This document shows positions 1 through 12,589 of a DNA stretch of 59,329 nucleotides, piece by piece. The notes beneath the pieces were generated by a model. The model saw only the letters and a program-made list of their open reading frames with translations. It had not been told where the DNA came from and searched no databases. This DNA is from an uncultured delta proteobacterium. Lineage in GTDB: Bacteria > Desulfobacterota > RBG-13-43-22. The translations under genes were made by a program, and so were the position numbers. Position 1 is the stretch's first letter. Each line of letters begins with the position of its first letter. The stretch covers positions 1 through 59,329 of the forward strand of contig CAWJJC010000032.1 in the NCBI GenBank assembly GCA_963843145.1, given 5' to 3'.

Positions 1-1576
1 TCAACACCCCCAGGAAGCGTTCAATAGCTCCCAGGATGACCCGGTGCAACATGACCGGCCGATGCCGTTCTCCATCGGGGCCGATGTAGGCCAGGTCAAA
101 CCGCTCCGGGAGAGTAAAATCGCACTGGATAGTGGCGCACTGCCAGCGCCGATCCAGGGCATCTTTGAGCTTGATGTCGATCTTGGGACCGTAAAAGGCC
201 CCTTCCCCGGCCGAGACCGAGTATTCCAAGCCGTTATCCTTCAAGGCCTGGGTCAAGGCCTCGGTGGCCCGTTCCCAATCCAGGTCGGTACCGATGGATT
301 TTTCCGGCCGGGTACTGACTTCCACCTCAAAAGGAAAACCGAAGATCTGCATCACCTCGGCCACAAAATTTAACACGCCTCGGATCTCATCCTGAAGCTG
401 ATCCGGGGTGCAGAGTATATGAGCGTCATCCTGGGTAAACTGCCGCACCCGCATCAGTCCGTGCAGCACCCCGGATTTTTCGTGGCGGTGAACGGTGCCC
501 AGTTCAAAATAGCGTTTGGGCAGGTCCCGGTAACTGCGGACTTTGGTCTTATAGATCATCATATGGGCCAGGCAGTTCATGGGTTTAATCCCGTAGGACT
601 GCCCGTCAATCTCGGTAAAATACATGAAATCCCGGTAATTCTCATAATGCCCGGATTTTTTCCAAAGCTCGGTGCGGAGGATCTGGGGCCCAACGACCAG
701 CTCATAGCCTCGCTTCAGATGTTCTTTCTTCTCGAAGTCCTCCAGAATGTGCCGCAACAAGGCCCCTTTGGGATGATAGATGACCAGCCCCGGTCCGACT
801 TCGTCGTGAATGCTGAACAAGTCCAATTCCCGCCCCAGGCGGCGGTGGTCCCGGCGCTTGGCTTCCTCCAGACGGTGGAGATGTTCGTCCAATTCCTTCT
901 TGTTGAAAAAGGCGGTCCCGTAAATCCGCTGGAGCATGGGATTGCGCTCATCCCCCCTCCAGTAGGCCCCGGCCACCTGGGTCAATTTGAAAAAACGGAT
1001 GTCCCCCGACGAAGACAGGTGCGGCCCTCGGCAAAGATCCACAAAATTTCCCTGACGGTAAAGGGAAACCGGGGCCTCCTCCAGCGCCTCCAGCAATTCC
1101 ACCTTATAGGGTTCGTCTCGGAATTTAAAATAAGCGATGGCCTCCTCTCGGGGCATCTCTTCCCGGGTAATCGGGATCCTGGACTTGCTCAAGACCTGCA
1201 TCCGCTCTTCAATCCGAGCCAGATCTTCCGGCACAAAAGGGGCCTTCGTTTCAAAATCGTAATAAAATCCCTGTTCAATGGCTGGACCGATGGCCGGCTT
1301 GGCCTCGGGAAAAAGTTCTTTTACCGCCTGGGCCATCAGGTGCGAAGTGGAATGCCGCAGGATATCCAGACCTTCCGGGGTGTTTTCCCCCACCGGGGTC
1401 AGTTCCCCCCCTGAAGCCAAAGGACGAGCCAGGTCGATTAACTGGCCATTTAACCGGGCGGCCACACTCCCCTTCAAGGAGCTTTTTTGCCAGGCCGCCA
1501 GGGCCTGGACCGCTGTGGTACCGGCAGGAAAGGAACGCTGCGCCTGATCAGGAAAAACTATTTGAATTTCTTCCAC
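1..1576 (-). CDS. thrS: Threonyl-tRNA synthetase (3' end runs off the window)
   Basis: Manual minus-strand translation from GTG at 1576 gives [31 protein letters not shown]. Motif 3 ([19 protein letters not shown]) is in the same frame at the window edge. Not in the ORF track because it has no stop in the window. Confidence 0.96.
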   Translation of the reverse strand, partial: MEEIQIVFPDQAQRSFPAGTTAVQALAAWQKSSLKGSVAARLNGQLIDLARPLASGGELTPVGENTPEGLDILRHSTSHLMAQAVKELFPEAKPAIGPAIEQGFYYDFETKAPFVPEDLARIEERMQVLSKSRIPITREEMPREEAIAYFKFRDEPYKVELLEALEEAPVSLYRQGNFVDLCRGPHLSSSGDIRFFKLTQVAGAYWRGDERNPMLQRIYGTAFFNKKELDEHLHRLEEAKRRDHRRLGRELDLFSIHDEVGPGLVIYHPKGALLRHILEDFEKKEHLKRGYELVVGPQILRTELWKKSGHYENYRDFMYFTEIDGQSYGIKPMNCLAHMMIYKTKVRSYRDLPKRYFELGTVHRHEKSGVLHGLMRVRQFTQDDAHILCTPDQLQDEIRGVLNFVAEVMQIFGFPFEVEVSTRPEKSIGTDLDWERATEALTQALKDNGLEYSVSAGEGAFYGPKIDIKLKDALDRRWQCATIQCDFTLPERFDLAYIGPDGERHRPVMLHRVILGAIERFLGVL

Positions 1577-1658
1577 TTAGCTGCCTTGGAGATTCTAGAA
1601 TAAATTAAATAAACGGTAATATTACTAAATAGCTTCTCCGGAGTCAATAACTATTTAA

Positions 1659-1940
1659 TCATCGATAACGGACTTCAAAGCCCTCCCCTTCGCCGCGAAA
1701 CTCTCCGTACCGAACCTCAACCCGATCGACCCGGGCCGATGGGGGACCCTGCCGGCACCAGGCGACCATTTGTTCAACCTTCGTTTTTTCTCCTTCCAGG
1801 AAGGCCTCCACCGTTCCATCCCTCCGGTTCATGACCCACCCCGCCAATCCCAGCGCCCTGGCCTGATCCCGGGCAGAGCCCCTGAAATAGACCCCCTGCA
1901 CCCAGCCGTAAACGACTACTTGGGCTGATATTTTTTCCAT
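1659..1940 (-). CDS. acyP: Acylphosphatase
   Basis: VYGWVQGVYFR and GWVMNRRDGTVE motifs; 93 aa. Confidence 0.93.
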   Translation of the reverse strand: MEKISAQVVVYGWVQGVYFRGSARDQARALGLAGWVMNRRDGTVEAFLEGEKTKVEQMVAWCRQGPPSARVDRVEVRYGEFRGEGEGFEVRYR

Positions 1941-1986
1941 AGAGGACCTCCCCTTTACCTACCGTCCCGTTTCATCCGAATGTCCA

Positions 1987-2179
1987 CTATCCAACAAGGA
2001 ATATCCAATATCCAAGGGGGGGATTGCTTCGTCGCTTCACTCCTCGCAATGACAGCGCAGGGGGACTTATTGCGCAAACATCATGTTGGCCGGCTTTGCT
2101 TTCCGAATTTGCTACGGGCCATCAAGTTCAAGGCTTTTTCCCTCCTTATTGGATATTCCTTGTTGGATATTGGATATTC
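1987..2179. repeat. TATCCAA-family inverted repeat enclosing a GTCAT/ATGAC REP-like half element
   Basis: Left arm tatccaacaaggaatatccaatatccaa and right arm ttggatattccttgttggatattggatattc; ggattgcttcgtcgcttcactcctcgcaatgac lies inside at 2021-2053. Confidence 0.8.
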
Positions 2180-2254
2180 GCTTTGCTTAATGTTTTTTTC
2201 TTCCTTCTTCCATCTTCCATCTTCCATCTACCCTTGTCCTTTATCCTCGATCCT

Positions 2255-4605
<2,351 letters not shown>

Positions 4606-4707
4606 ACCCCCTCCTTCTGCGAACAGGCGTTCAATCCCGCACGGGATGAATATATTGTAAGGAATATCAGAAGTCAAGAAAGTGCGTGGCGTATTGGGGG
4701 AGATAGA

Positions 4708-4842
4708 GAAATCGAACGGGCGCGTCAAGAAGCGGGTCTGAGCGTCAAGGAGATGCTGGACGACTGGCGCCGTCAACGGGAACGCTACACCAAGGAAAAA
4801 TTCGGAAAAAAGAATGCCACAGCTTAGGGTTTTCCCGGACTT
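4708..4842 (+). pseudogene. Probable toxin-antitoxin remnant (antitoxin tail plus the first codons of a PIN toxin)
   Basis: EIERARQEAGLSVKEMLDDWRRQRERYTKEKFGKKNATA* overlaps an ATG at 4814 giving MPQLRVFPD, which resembles the RVFLD start of PIN toxins. Confidence 0.4.
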
Positions 4843-4934
4843 GGATATTCAACCCCCTTCCCCCCTGAACCCCGAACTCTGAACCCTGAACCCTTCCTTT
4901 CCACCCCGAACGCCCAACGCCGAACGTTTAATGG

Positions 4935-5772
4935 CTACCCATCCAACAGCCTCCGCACCATCCCGGCTAGATCCTGGACGGTGAAAGGCTTTTGAATAAA
5001 GGCCAACCTTTTATCGAGAAGTCCCCGCTGGGCGATTACCTCGGCCGTGTAGCCGGACATGAACACCGATTTGATCCCCGGATAAAGCGCCTCCACCCGC
5101 GCTTTCAGTTCCGGACCGGTCATGTTGGGCATGATCACATCGGTCAGCAGAAGGTGTAGGGGGCCCCGGTGTTTTTTCAGGAGGGACAGCGCCCTTCCCG
5201 GAGAACCGGCGCCCACTGTTTTATAGCCGTAATGCTCCAAGATCCGTTTGGCCAGCAGGAGAATCTGGGGTTCGTCCTCCACGATCAGCACGGTTTCGCT
5301 CCCTGCTAAAGGCCGCTCTCTCTCCTGCTCCACCGGGACCGATTCCCCCAGGAAGCGGGGAAAATAGATTTTAAAGGTCGTCCCCCGTCCCGCTTCGCTG
5401 TTGGCCTGGATCGATCCCTGGCTGTTTGATCAGCCGGCTTCTGGCCTGGCCCAAGAGTTTGGCCACCGTGAGATTGGCCTCCAGGATCAGACCCCTTTCA
5501 CTAAGGGTGACATAACCCACCGGAGCCAGCTCGTACAGGCCGAAATACTTCGCCCGCAAAACTTCCAGATTCTCCTGCGCCTGGCGCAATTCCTCGTTCT
5601 GCATCTCCAGTTCAACTTGATGCACCCGTAACTCCTGGAGCACCCGCCGCACCGCCTCGGGCGACAGCGCGTCCAGGTTATCCGGTATCCACGTACCGTG
5701 GAGACGGTCGACCGCCTTCGTTCGCCGGCGTAAATCATCCGCCGCAGCGGAAGAGGCCTTCTTCTGCGTCAT
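4935..5772 (-). pseudogene. Internally deleted PAS hybrid kinase: N-terminal helix/PAS start joined out of frame to an HATPase tail and receiver domain
   Basis: 5772-5420 encodes [30 protein letters not shown]. It then jumps to [24 protein letters not shown] plus a REC domain closely matching the 3' end of 12590..15712. The REC could be expressed alone from 5333. Confidence 0.75.
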
Positions 5773-5809
5773 GGCCTTACTCCGTTAAGAAAAAAGCAGG
5801 TTGGGGAGA

Positions 5810-8800
5810 TTAACTGATCTTCCTTTCCGTGGTCGACACGGCGTAGGGCTCCCCAGAGTCATTGACCAGGGCGGTGGCGGTCAGCCAGACTGCTACTATT
5901 TGGCCATCTTTGGCCAAACGCTTCGCGCGAATGGGCCCGAGACCCTCAGCTCCGCTAAGCCGCCGCAAATGGACCAGCGCTTCCTTGCGCCGCCCCTTGG
6001 GGACCAGGGCTCCGACATTCATGGCCAGGGCTTCCGCCTCGCTCCAGCCGTACATCCTTTCCGCCGCCGGGTTCCAGGCCAGGATGCGGCCGTCGAAATC
6101 CTGCACGGTGATGGCGTCCTGGGAGTCGCGGACCACCACGGCCAGGCGGCGCAGGGCCTCGGAATCCCGCAGGGCGGCCTCCGCCCTTTTCAATAGGGTG
6201 ATCCCGGTAAAGGTGATCACCGCCCCCTCGATCACGTTTTCCAGCGTGCGATAGGGCCGGATATGCAACTGGAACCAGTCGCCCGTCTGGGTCTGCACTT
6301 CGACCTCTTTGGGCACCAGGGTATCCAGCACGGCCTGCACGTCCGCCACCAGGCGGTCATAGCCCGTCAGGTTGGAGACGATATGTCCCACCGGCCGGCC
6401 CACGTCGGTCAGGATCAGGTTGATCACCTGGGTGACGGCGGGGGTAAAACGCAGGATGCGCAGTTGATGGTCCACGAAGATGGTGCCGATGCCCGTGCCG
6501 GCCAGCAGATTGTTCATGTCGTTGTTGGCCCGCGACAGATCCGCCACCTTGGTCTGCAGCTCGGCGTTGACCGTGGCCAGCTCTTCGTTGACCGATTGCA
6601 GCTCTTCCTTGGAGGTCTCCAGCTCCTCGTTGGTGGATTGCAGTTCCTCGTTGACGGACTGCATCTCCTCGTTGGTGGATTTGAGCTCTTCGTTGGAGGT
6701 CTCCAGTTCCTCGTTGGTGGACTGAAGGTATTCCTCCTTGGCGTGCAGCTCCTGCTTCAAGGCCGCGATTCGCGCGTCCGTATCCCCGGCGTCTTCAGGC
6801 GCCACCACTCCGGCTGCTGCGGGACCGGGTTTTTCAGGCCCCTCGCTGACCGTTTCCGGCGGTTCCTCGAATATAACCAGAAACAGGTTTGACCCGACGC
6901 CGGGCTTTTCCGGCCCGGCAAAAAGAACGGTGTTCGGAGCCAGTGTCACCGGCCGAACCGTTACCTTGACCTGGTGAACTCGCCGTTGGTTTTGACGCGC
7001 AGGTCCGCGCAGCGCACGATTTCGAGATCCGCTGCGGCTTTATGCAGGGCGGTGGTTAGTTCGCGCCGCAGTCCTTCGCGGGCCATTTTCAAAATATGTT
7101 AATCCCGGCCTCGCCCGGGGCCGGTTCCAGGTACCGGCCGGTGCGGCCGTGAATGTAGAGGATGTCTCCACGCTCGTTGACCAGCGCTCCGACCGGAGCG
7201 TACTGCTGCAGCAGCGCGCCGTTCGGTCAATTTCCGCAGAGGCTCCTTATGGTCCCCCAAAGCCTTTCCCGCGGTCTGGGGGATACGGCCTGCCTCTAAG
7301 TGGGTCGGGAGAAATCGGCGCATATCCGGACGGTGGAGGCCGGCGAATTCCTCCCTGCGTTGATACAGCTTCCATTTGCGATCCAGCGCGGCAAAAAGGT
7401 TCGCGAATTCCCCCACGGTCTCGGAAGTGCCCAGGAAGAGAAACCCGCCCGGATTCAACGCATAGTGAAACAGCGGAATAAGTTTCTTCTGCAGTTCCCC
7501 ACCCATATAGATCAAGAGATTGCGGCAACTGATCAGGTCGAGTTTGGAGAAGGGCGGGTCTTTGATCACGTCCTGCTCGGAAAAAATCAGCAGGTCGCGG
7601 ATGCCTTTGTGGATGCGGTAGGCGCTGCCGTCGGCTTCCTGGACGAAAAACCGGGCCAGCCGTTCCGGGGAGACGTCGGCGGCGATGCTGGCGGGATAGA
7701 GGCCGGCGCGGGCCGTACCGATGGCCTGGCTGTCAATGTCGGTGGCGAAGACCTGGAGCTTGAACCTTTGCTTCAGCGTTTCCAGGTGCTCCTGGAGGAG
7801 AATGGCGAGGGAATAGGCCTCCTCGCCGGTGGAGCAGCCGGGTACCCAGACGCGAATCAGGGCGCCCGCGGGTTTGCCGGCAAAAAGCCGGGGGATGATC
7901 TGCTGTTCCAGCGCCGTGAAGGCTTCCGGGTCACGGAAAAAATTGGTTACGCCGATCAAGAGATCGCGAAAGAGCGCCTCCACCTCCGCTGGATTCTGCT
8001 GCAGATAGCGCAGATAATCGTCCATCTTTTCGATCTGGTGGACGGCCATGCGCCGTTCGATCGCGGCGGTTGATGGTGTTCGGCTTGTAATGGGAAAAAT
8101 CGTGACCGGTCTGGGCGCGCAAGCAGGATGAAAATCTTCTTCAGCGTGCTCTCGGCCTTGGGTTCCGGGGCAGTTACCGGCCGAAAAGGCTGGCCGAAGA
8201 CGCGTGCGCCACATAGGCGATGAGCTGGGCGGGCATCTCCGCCGGCGGCAGAACATAGTCCACCAGGCCGGTGGCGATGGCGCTGCGCGGCATGCCGTCG
8301 TAATCGGTGGATTCGGGGTTCTGCGCCATGACCATGCCGCCCTCGCCCTTGATCGCCCGCACGCCCAGGGTGCCGTCGCTGCCGGTGCCGGAGAGCACGA
8401 TGCAGATGGCCCGCTCGTGCTGGTCCTGGGCCAGGGAACGGAAGAAAAAATCGATGGGCAGACGCTGGCCCCGCGGCCTGCAGCGGCTCCAGCAGATGCA
8501 GAGTCGACCGTGCAGAAAGGCCATGTCCCGGTTGGGCGGAATGATGTAGGCGCAGTTGGGCCGGACTTCCATCCCGTCTTCGACCTCAAGACCTGCATCC
8601 GGGTGTAGCGTCTGACCAGATCGGTGAGAATGCTCTTGTGGTCCGGGGCCAGGTGCTGCACCAGGACAAAGGCCATGCCGGGATCGACGTCGGCGGGCAT
8701 GGCGGAGAAGAAGGCCTCAAAGGCGGCCAGCCCTCCGGCGGAGGCGCCGATGCCGACGATGGGAAAGCCCTTCTCCGGTTCCAAGTTCAAAGGGCGAACA

Positions 8801-8874
8801 GGCTTTTTCTTGGCCGGCCTACGCTGGACCTCCTTTTTCTTTTCCTTGGCCTCAGCTTTTTTCGTTACGGCCAT
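5810..8874 (-). CDS. CheB methylesterase-CheR methyltransferase fusion with coiled coil and PAS domains (MAC1-like); frameshifted
   Basis: CheB motifs GASAGG, VQHLAP, GTGSDG; CheR motifs WVPGCSTGEEAYS, FATDID, ISCRNLLIY; heptads EELQSTNEELETSNEEL; C-terminal PAS domains; no kinase domain. Confidence 0.9.
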
Positions 8875-8906
8875 CCGGGTACCTCCTTAGCCTATTATCC
8901 TTCGAC

Positions 8907-8952
8907 TATCCAATATCCAACAAGGAATATCCAAGTTGGATATTGGATATTC
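8907..8952. repeat. TATCCAA-family palindromic repeat
   Basis: tatccaatatccaacaaggaatatccaagttggatattggatattc. Confidence 0.8.
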
Positions 8953-8955
8953 AAC

Positions 8956-10293
8956 TTACCCTCGAACCTTTTTGCCGGACACGAGTCCTGGCTCTGCCAC
9001 ACCTGCCGGCCAGGAGGCCTGCACCATCGTCCCCTTTTCGAGCACGGATTGGATCGAGAAGCTGCCCCCGGACCATTCAACCCGTTCCCGCATACTGGCC
9101 AAGCCGAGCCCCCGATCGACTCCCCTTTTAGCCAGTGCCTCTCGGACCTCGAACCCCTGACCGTAATCGCGAACCACCAACTGCAAAGTCCCCTTGGCAT
9201 TCCGCAGGGCGAGATGCAACCGATCGGTCCGGCTGTGCTTGGCGATATTGTTCAAGGCCTCCTGGGTAGTCCGAAAAATCACCGTTTTCAAGGATTGAGG
9301 AATCGCGCCCTCTTCGACGTCAAATTTCTTCTCGACCTTTAGGCCGGGGCTCCTTTTTTGGAACTCCCGGGTCAGCCAGCTCAGAGTAGCCAACAGGCCG
9401 AGGTCATCCAGCATAAACGGCCTCAAATTCTTCTGGATTCGCCGGCAGTCATCAATGGCCTGCTGCAGCAGGGGGATCACTTCTTTTACTTCTTGGGGCC
9501 CTTGGGCCGCCTCAAATTTATACTTGATGGCGCTCAGCAATCCTCCGAGGCCGTCATGAAGGTCTCCGGCTATCCTTTTTCTTTCTTCCTCCTGGGCTGC
9601 CAGGAAGCGCGAGGCCAGGGACCTGACCTCGACCGTTCGTTCCTCGACCCTCTTTTCCAGTATATGATGAGATTTTTGCAGTTCTTCCGCAGCGCGCCTT
9701 TCCGCCTCCTCGGCACGGATGCGTCGGGTAATGTCAGTTACCACGACGCGGCAGAGGGGAACCCCTTCGGCGTCTTGGGCGGCAATGGCCTCCAAGCGCG
9801 CCCAGAAGGGGGCGGATCCCTTTCGCGACATCCTGACCTCGTAGACCTGGGGCGCACCCGTTTCCAAAAGCTGCTTCCGGTACCGGTAGTGAATATCCTG
9901 GTCCTGGCGAACGATGAAGCGGGTCAAGGGTTGTTTGACCAGACCGTCCCTGGTGACTCCCAACAGACCAACGATCGTCAGATTGGCCTCCAGGATCAGC
10001 CCCTGTTCGCTGAGGGTGACATATCCCACCGGGGCCAGTTCGTACAGTTCGAAATAGCGCGCCCGGGAGGCCTCCAGTTCCTCCTGGGTCCGACGCAACT
10101 CCTCGTTCTGCATTTCCAGTTCGATTTGATGCACCCGCAGTTCGTGGACCGTCTGCCGCAATTCCTCAGACAACAGGCCGTCAAGGTTTTCGGGTGATCG
10201 GGATTGATTTCCGCGGGCGATCTCTTCGGCCTTCCGGCCAAGATCGGTTGTCCGCGAAGTCGCGGGTTCAATGTCCTGACGTGGCTTTTTCAA
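8956..10293 (-). CDS. PAS sensor histidine kinase, HisKA_3 (NarX/UhpB-type)
   Basis: QEEERKRIAGDLHD H-box, EALNNIAKHS N-box, GLGLASMRER. Confidence 0.92.
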   Translation of the reverse strand: MKKPRQDIEPATSRTTDLGRKAEEIARGNQSRSPENLDGLLSEELRQTVHELRVHQIELEMQNEELRRTQEELEASRARYFELYELAPVGYVTLSEQGLILEANLTIVGLLGVTRDGLVKQPLTRFIVRQDQDIHYRYRKQLLETGAPQVYEVRMSRKGSAPFWARLEAIAAQDAEGVPLCRVVVTDITRRIRAEEAERRAAEELQKSHHILEKRVEERTVEVRSLASRFLAAQEEERKRIAGDLHDGLGGLLSAIKYKFEAAQGPQEVKEVIPLLQQAIDDCRRIQKNLRPFMLDDLGLLATLSWLTREFQKRSPGLKVEKKFDVEEGAIPQSLKTVIFRTTQEALNNIAKHSRTDRLHLALRNAKGTLQLVVRDYGQGFEVREALAKRGVDRGLGLASMRERVEWSGGSFSIQSVLEKGTMVQASWPAGVAEPGLVSGKKVRG

Positions 10294-10323
10294 GTCGATC
10301 TCTCTAATCCTACCCTGTAGTTC

Positions 10324-10372
10324 GAATATCCAATATCCAACAAGGAAATTCCTTGTTGGATATTGGATATTC
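10324..10372. repeat. TATCCAA-family perfect palindrome (24-bp arms)
   Basis: gaatatccaatatccaacaaggaa-a-ttccttgttggatattggatattc. Confidence 0.85.
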
Positions 10373-10381
10373 AGCCTTCCC

Positions 10382-12142
10382 CTATTTCCCTTCCTCCTTG
10401 GTTTTCAGCGCTTGGGAGATCGTGGAGCGAAGCCCCTTAAATTCGAAGGGTTTGTTCAGGTACACCTGGGGCCATTCGGGATGGTCGCCGGTCATCACCT
10501 CGGACTCATCGTATCCGCTGACCAGAATAACCGGCAGGTCGGGCTTTAGTTCCCGCAAGGCCGCCAGGGTCGCCCAACCGTCGAGGCCAGGTATGGTCAG
10601 GTTGCACAAGACGCAACGGATTTCATCCTGGTGCCCTCGGAAAATCTCCACCGCCTCGACGCCGTCTTTCGCTTCGAGCACCGTAAAACCGAGGCGGTTG
10701 AGCATATCGGCCGTCAGGTCGCGCACCAATTCCTCGTCTTCGACCAACAGCATCGTACCGCCCTTAACCATTTCCATGGCCTGGCCCGCCTGCTCCGGCA
10801 GGCTGGGAACCTTTTGGGTGGACAACGGTAAAAAGACCTGGAAAGTACTCCTCCGACCCGGTTCGCTCTCCACCACCACAGCCCCCCGGTGCGCCCTCAC
10901 AATCCCCAGGACCACGGGTAGGCCCAGACCCCGGCCGGTGAATTTGGTGGAGAAGAAAGGATCGAAAATATTCTCGATTTCCTGTTCCGCGATTCCGCAG
11001 CAGGTGTCCGCCACTTCCAGGCAGGCATAGGACCGATCCTCCGGCTGCCAACCGATGGGAAAACGGTTTACTTCGGGGATACCCGCCGGGGAAACCGTTT
11101 TGATGGCCAGCCGAATGGCGGCCCGGCCGCCTTTGGCGGCTTCCCAGGCATTGGTGACCAGGTTGGTCAGGACCTGCTGCATTTGGTTGGCGTTCGCGCG
11201 GATGACCGGACCGGGGAAGGAAAAATCGATCGTCAGAAGCATGTCTTTCGGCATGGCCGCCCGGAGCATGATCAGGCCCCGACGGCAGATCTCGGAAAAA
11301 TCCAGCGGCTCACGTTCACCGGGTGTTTGCCCCAGGTAGGTCAGCAGCACTTTGCTGACTTCCGTCGCGTGGTTGGCCGCTTCCATGGCGGCCTGCAGGT
11401 TTTTGACCGGCCTTTTATCCGGCGGTAAATCCCAGAGGGCCAACTCCAGATTTCCTATCACGGCCTGGAGCTGGTTGTTGAAATGATGGGCGATGGCCCC
11501 GGCCATGCGGCCCAGACTTTGGGCCTTTTGGGTTTGCCGGTACTGGTCCTCGATTTCGCTCTTCCTGGCATCCGTGCGTTTGTGCTCGGTGATGTCGCTC
11601 ACCACGACCCGACAGATCGTCGTCCCCTCATCGTCGAGAGCGGTGGTCGCCTCCGCCCGCGCCCAGAAGGGGTGGGTCTCCTGGCGGAGCATCCGCAGCT
11701 CGTAAGGCTGGGAAGCACCCTTCTCCAGAAGTTGTTTGCGGTGCAGATAGTGGATATCCTGGTCCTCACGAACGATGAAGCGGGTCAAAGGCTGTTTGAC
11801 CAAAGCGCCTCGGGTCACCCCCAGCAGCGCAGCAAACGTGAGATTGGCCTCCAGGATCAGCCCCTCTTGGCTGAGGGTGACATACCCCACCGGGGCCAGA
11901 TCGTACAGGTCGAAATATCTCGCCCGGGAGCGTTCCAGTTGCTCCTGGATCCGGCGCAACTCTTCGTTCTGCATCTCCAGTTCGACCTGATGCACCCGCA
12001 GTTCGTAGAAGAGCCGCTGCGTCGCCTCGGGTGACACGGACTCCAGGTTATCCGGCGTCCGCGATCCTCTGCCCCGGTCAACCTCCTCCGCCCGCCGTCG
12101 CAAATCGTCCGTCGCCCCGGAAGGAGTCTTTATTCCATCCAT
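10382..12142 (-). CDS. PAS hybrid histidine kinase (HisKA-HATPase-REC) with degenerate motifs
   Basis: GAIAHHFNNQL H-box, NLVTNAWEA, FFSTKFTGRGLGL and a C-terminal REC; GGAGG RBS precedes the ATG at 12142. Confidence 0.88.
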   Translation of the reverse strand: MDGIKTPSGATDDLRRRAEEVDRGRGSRTPDNLESVSPEATQRLFYELRVHQVELEMQNEELRRIQEQLERSRARYFDLYDLAPVGYVTLSQEGLILEANLTFAALLGVTRGALVKQPLTRFIVREDQDIHYLHRKQLLEKGASQPYELRMLRQETHPFWARAEATTALDDEGTTICRVVVSDITEHKRTDARKSEIEDQYRQTQKAQSLGRMAGAIAHHFNNQLQAVIGNLELALWDLPPDKRPVKNLQAAMEAANHATEVSKVLLTYLGQTPGEREPLDFSEICRRGLIMLRAAMPKDMLLTIDFSFPGPVIRANANQMQQVLTNLVTNAWEAAKGGRAAIRLAIKTVSPAGIPEVNRFPIGWQPEDRSYACLEVADTCCGIAEQEIENIFDPFFSTKFTGRGLGLPVVLGIVRAHRGAVVVESEPGRRSTFQVFLPLSTQKVPSLPEQAGQAMEMVKGGTMLLVEDEELVRDLTADMLNRLGFTVLEAKDGVEAVEIFRGHQDEIRCVLCNLTIPGLDGWATLAALRELKPDLPVILVSGYDESEVMTGDHPEWPQVYLNKPFEFKGLRSTISQALKTKEEGK

Positions 12143-12589
12143 GTTGATCCTCCAATCCACAGGATAAATGAATAGCAAAATCCGATGGGATATTCAAAAA
12201 GCTACGAATCGGTAAGTCCATATCCTTCAAACTCCCTAGAGGATTTTTCTGAAAAACTCCAAATCGAGTAATATTTCTTTATTTGAAGATATCGTATCTA
12301 TTTTGTCAATAAAATTATGTAGTAGCAGCGATAGCGGAAGTGGTACTAATATCCCGCGACAAGAGCAACTCAACCTTGAATGACTGCCTGCGCGTGTGTG
12401 CGAAAGTGGGTGGCTAAGGATCGTCCTCTTACAATTCCTAGTCACAACTCTCAATCACTCATACACTCTTTTCTTACGCACCAACCCACATACCTGGACA
12501 TTCCCACACCCCTTCCCGCTGAACTCCGAACCCTGAACTCTTCCATCCCACTCCGAATCCCGAACGCCCAACTCCGAACGCTTTCAAAG

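Noticed and set aside
44-1547. Long plus-strand ORFs (44..373, 419..1414, 1278..1547)
   Set aside because: Antisense shadows of thrS. The same applies to most long opposite-strand ORFs in the track, such as 27702..28598, 33354..34385 and 57158..58030.
6570-6740. 21-nt periodic repeats resembling an array
   Set aside because: These are the coding heptads of the CheBR coiled coil, not CRISPR; there are no unique spacers.
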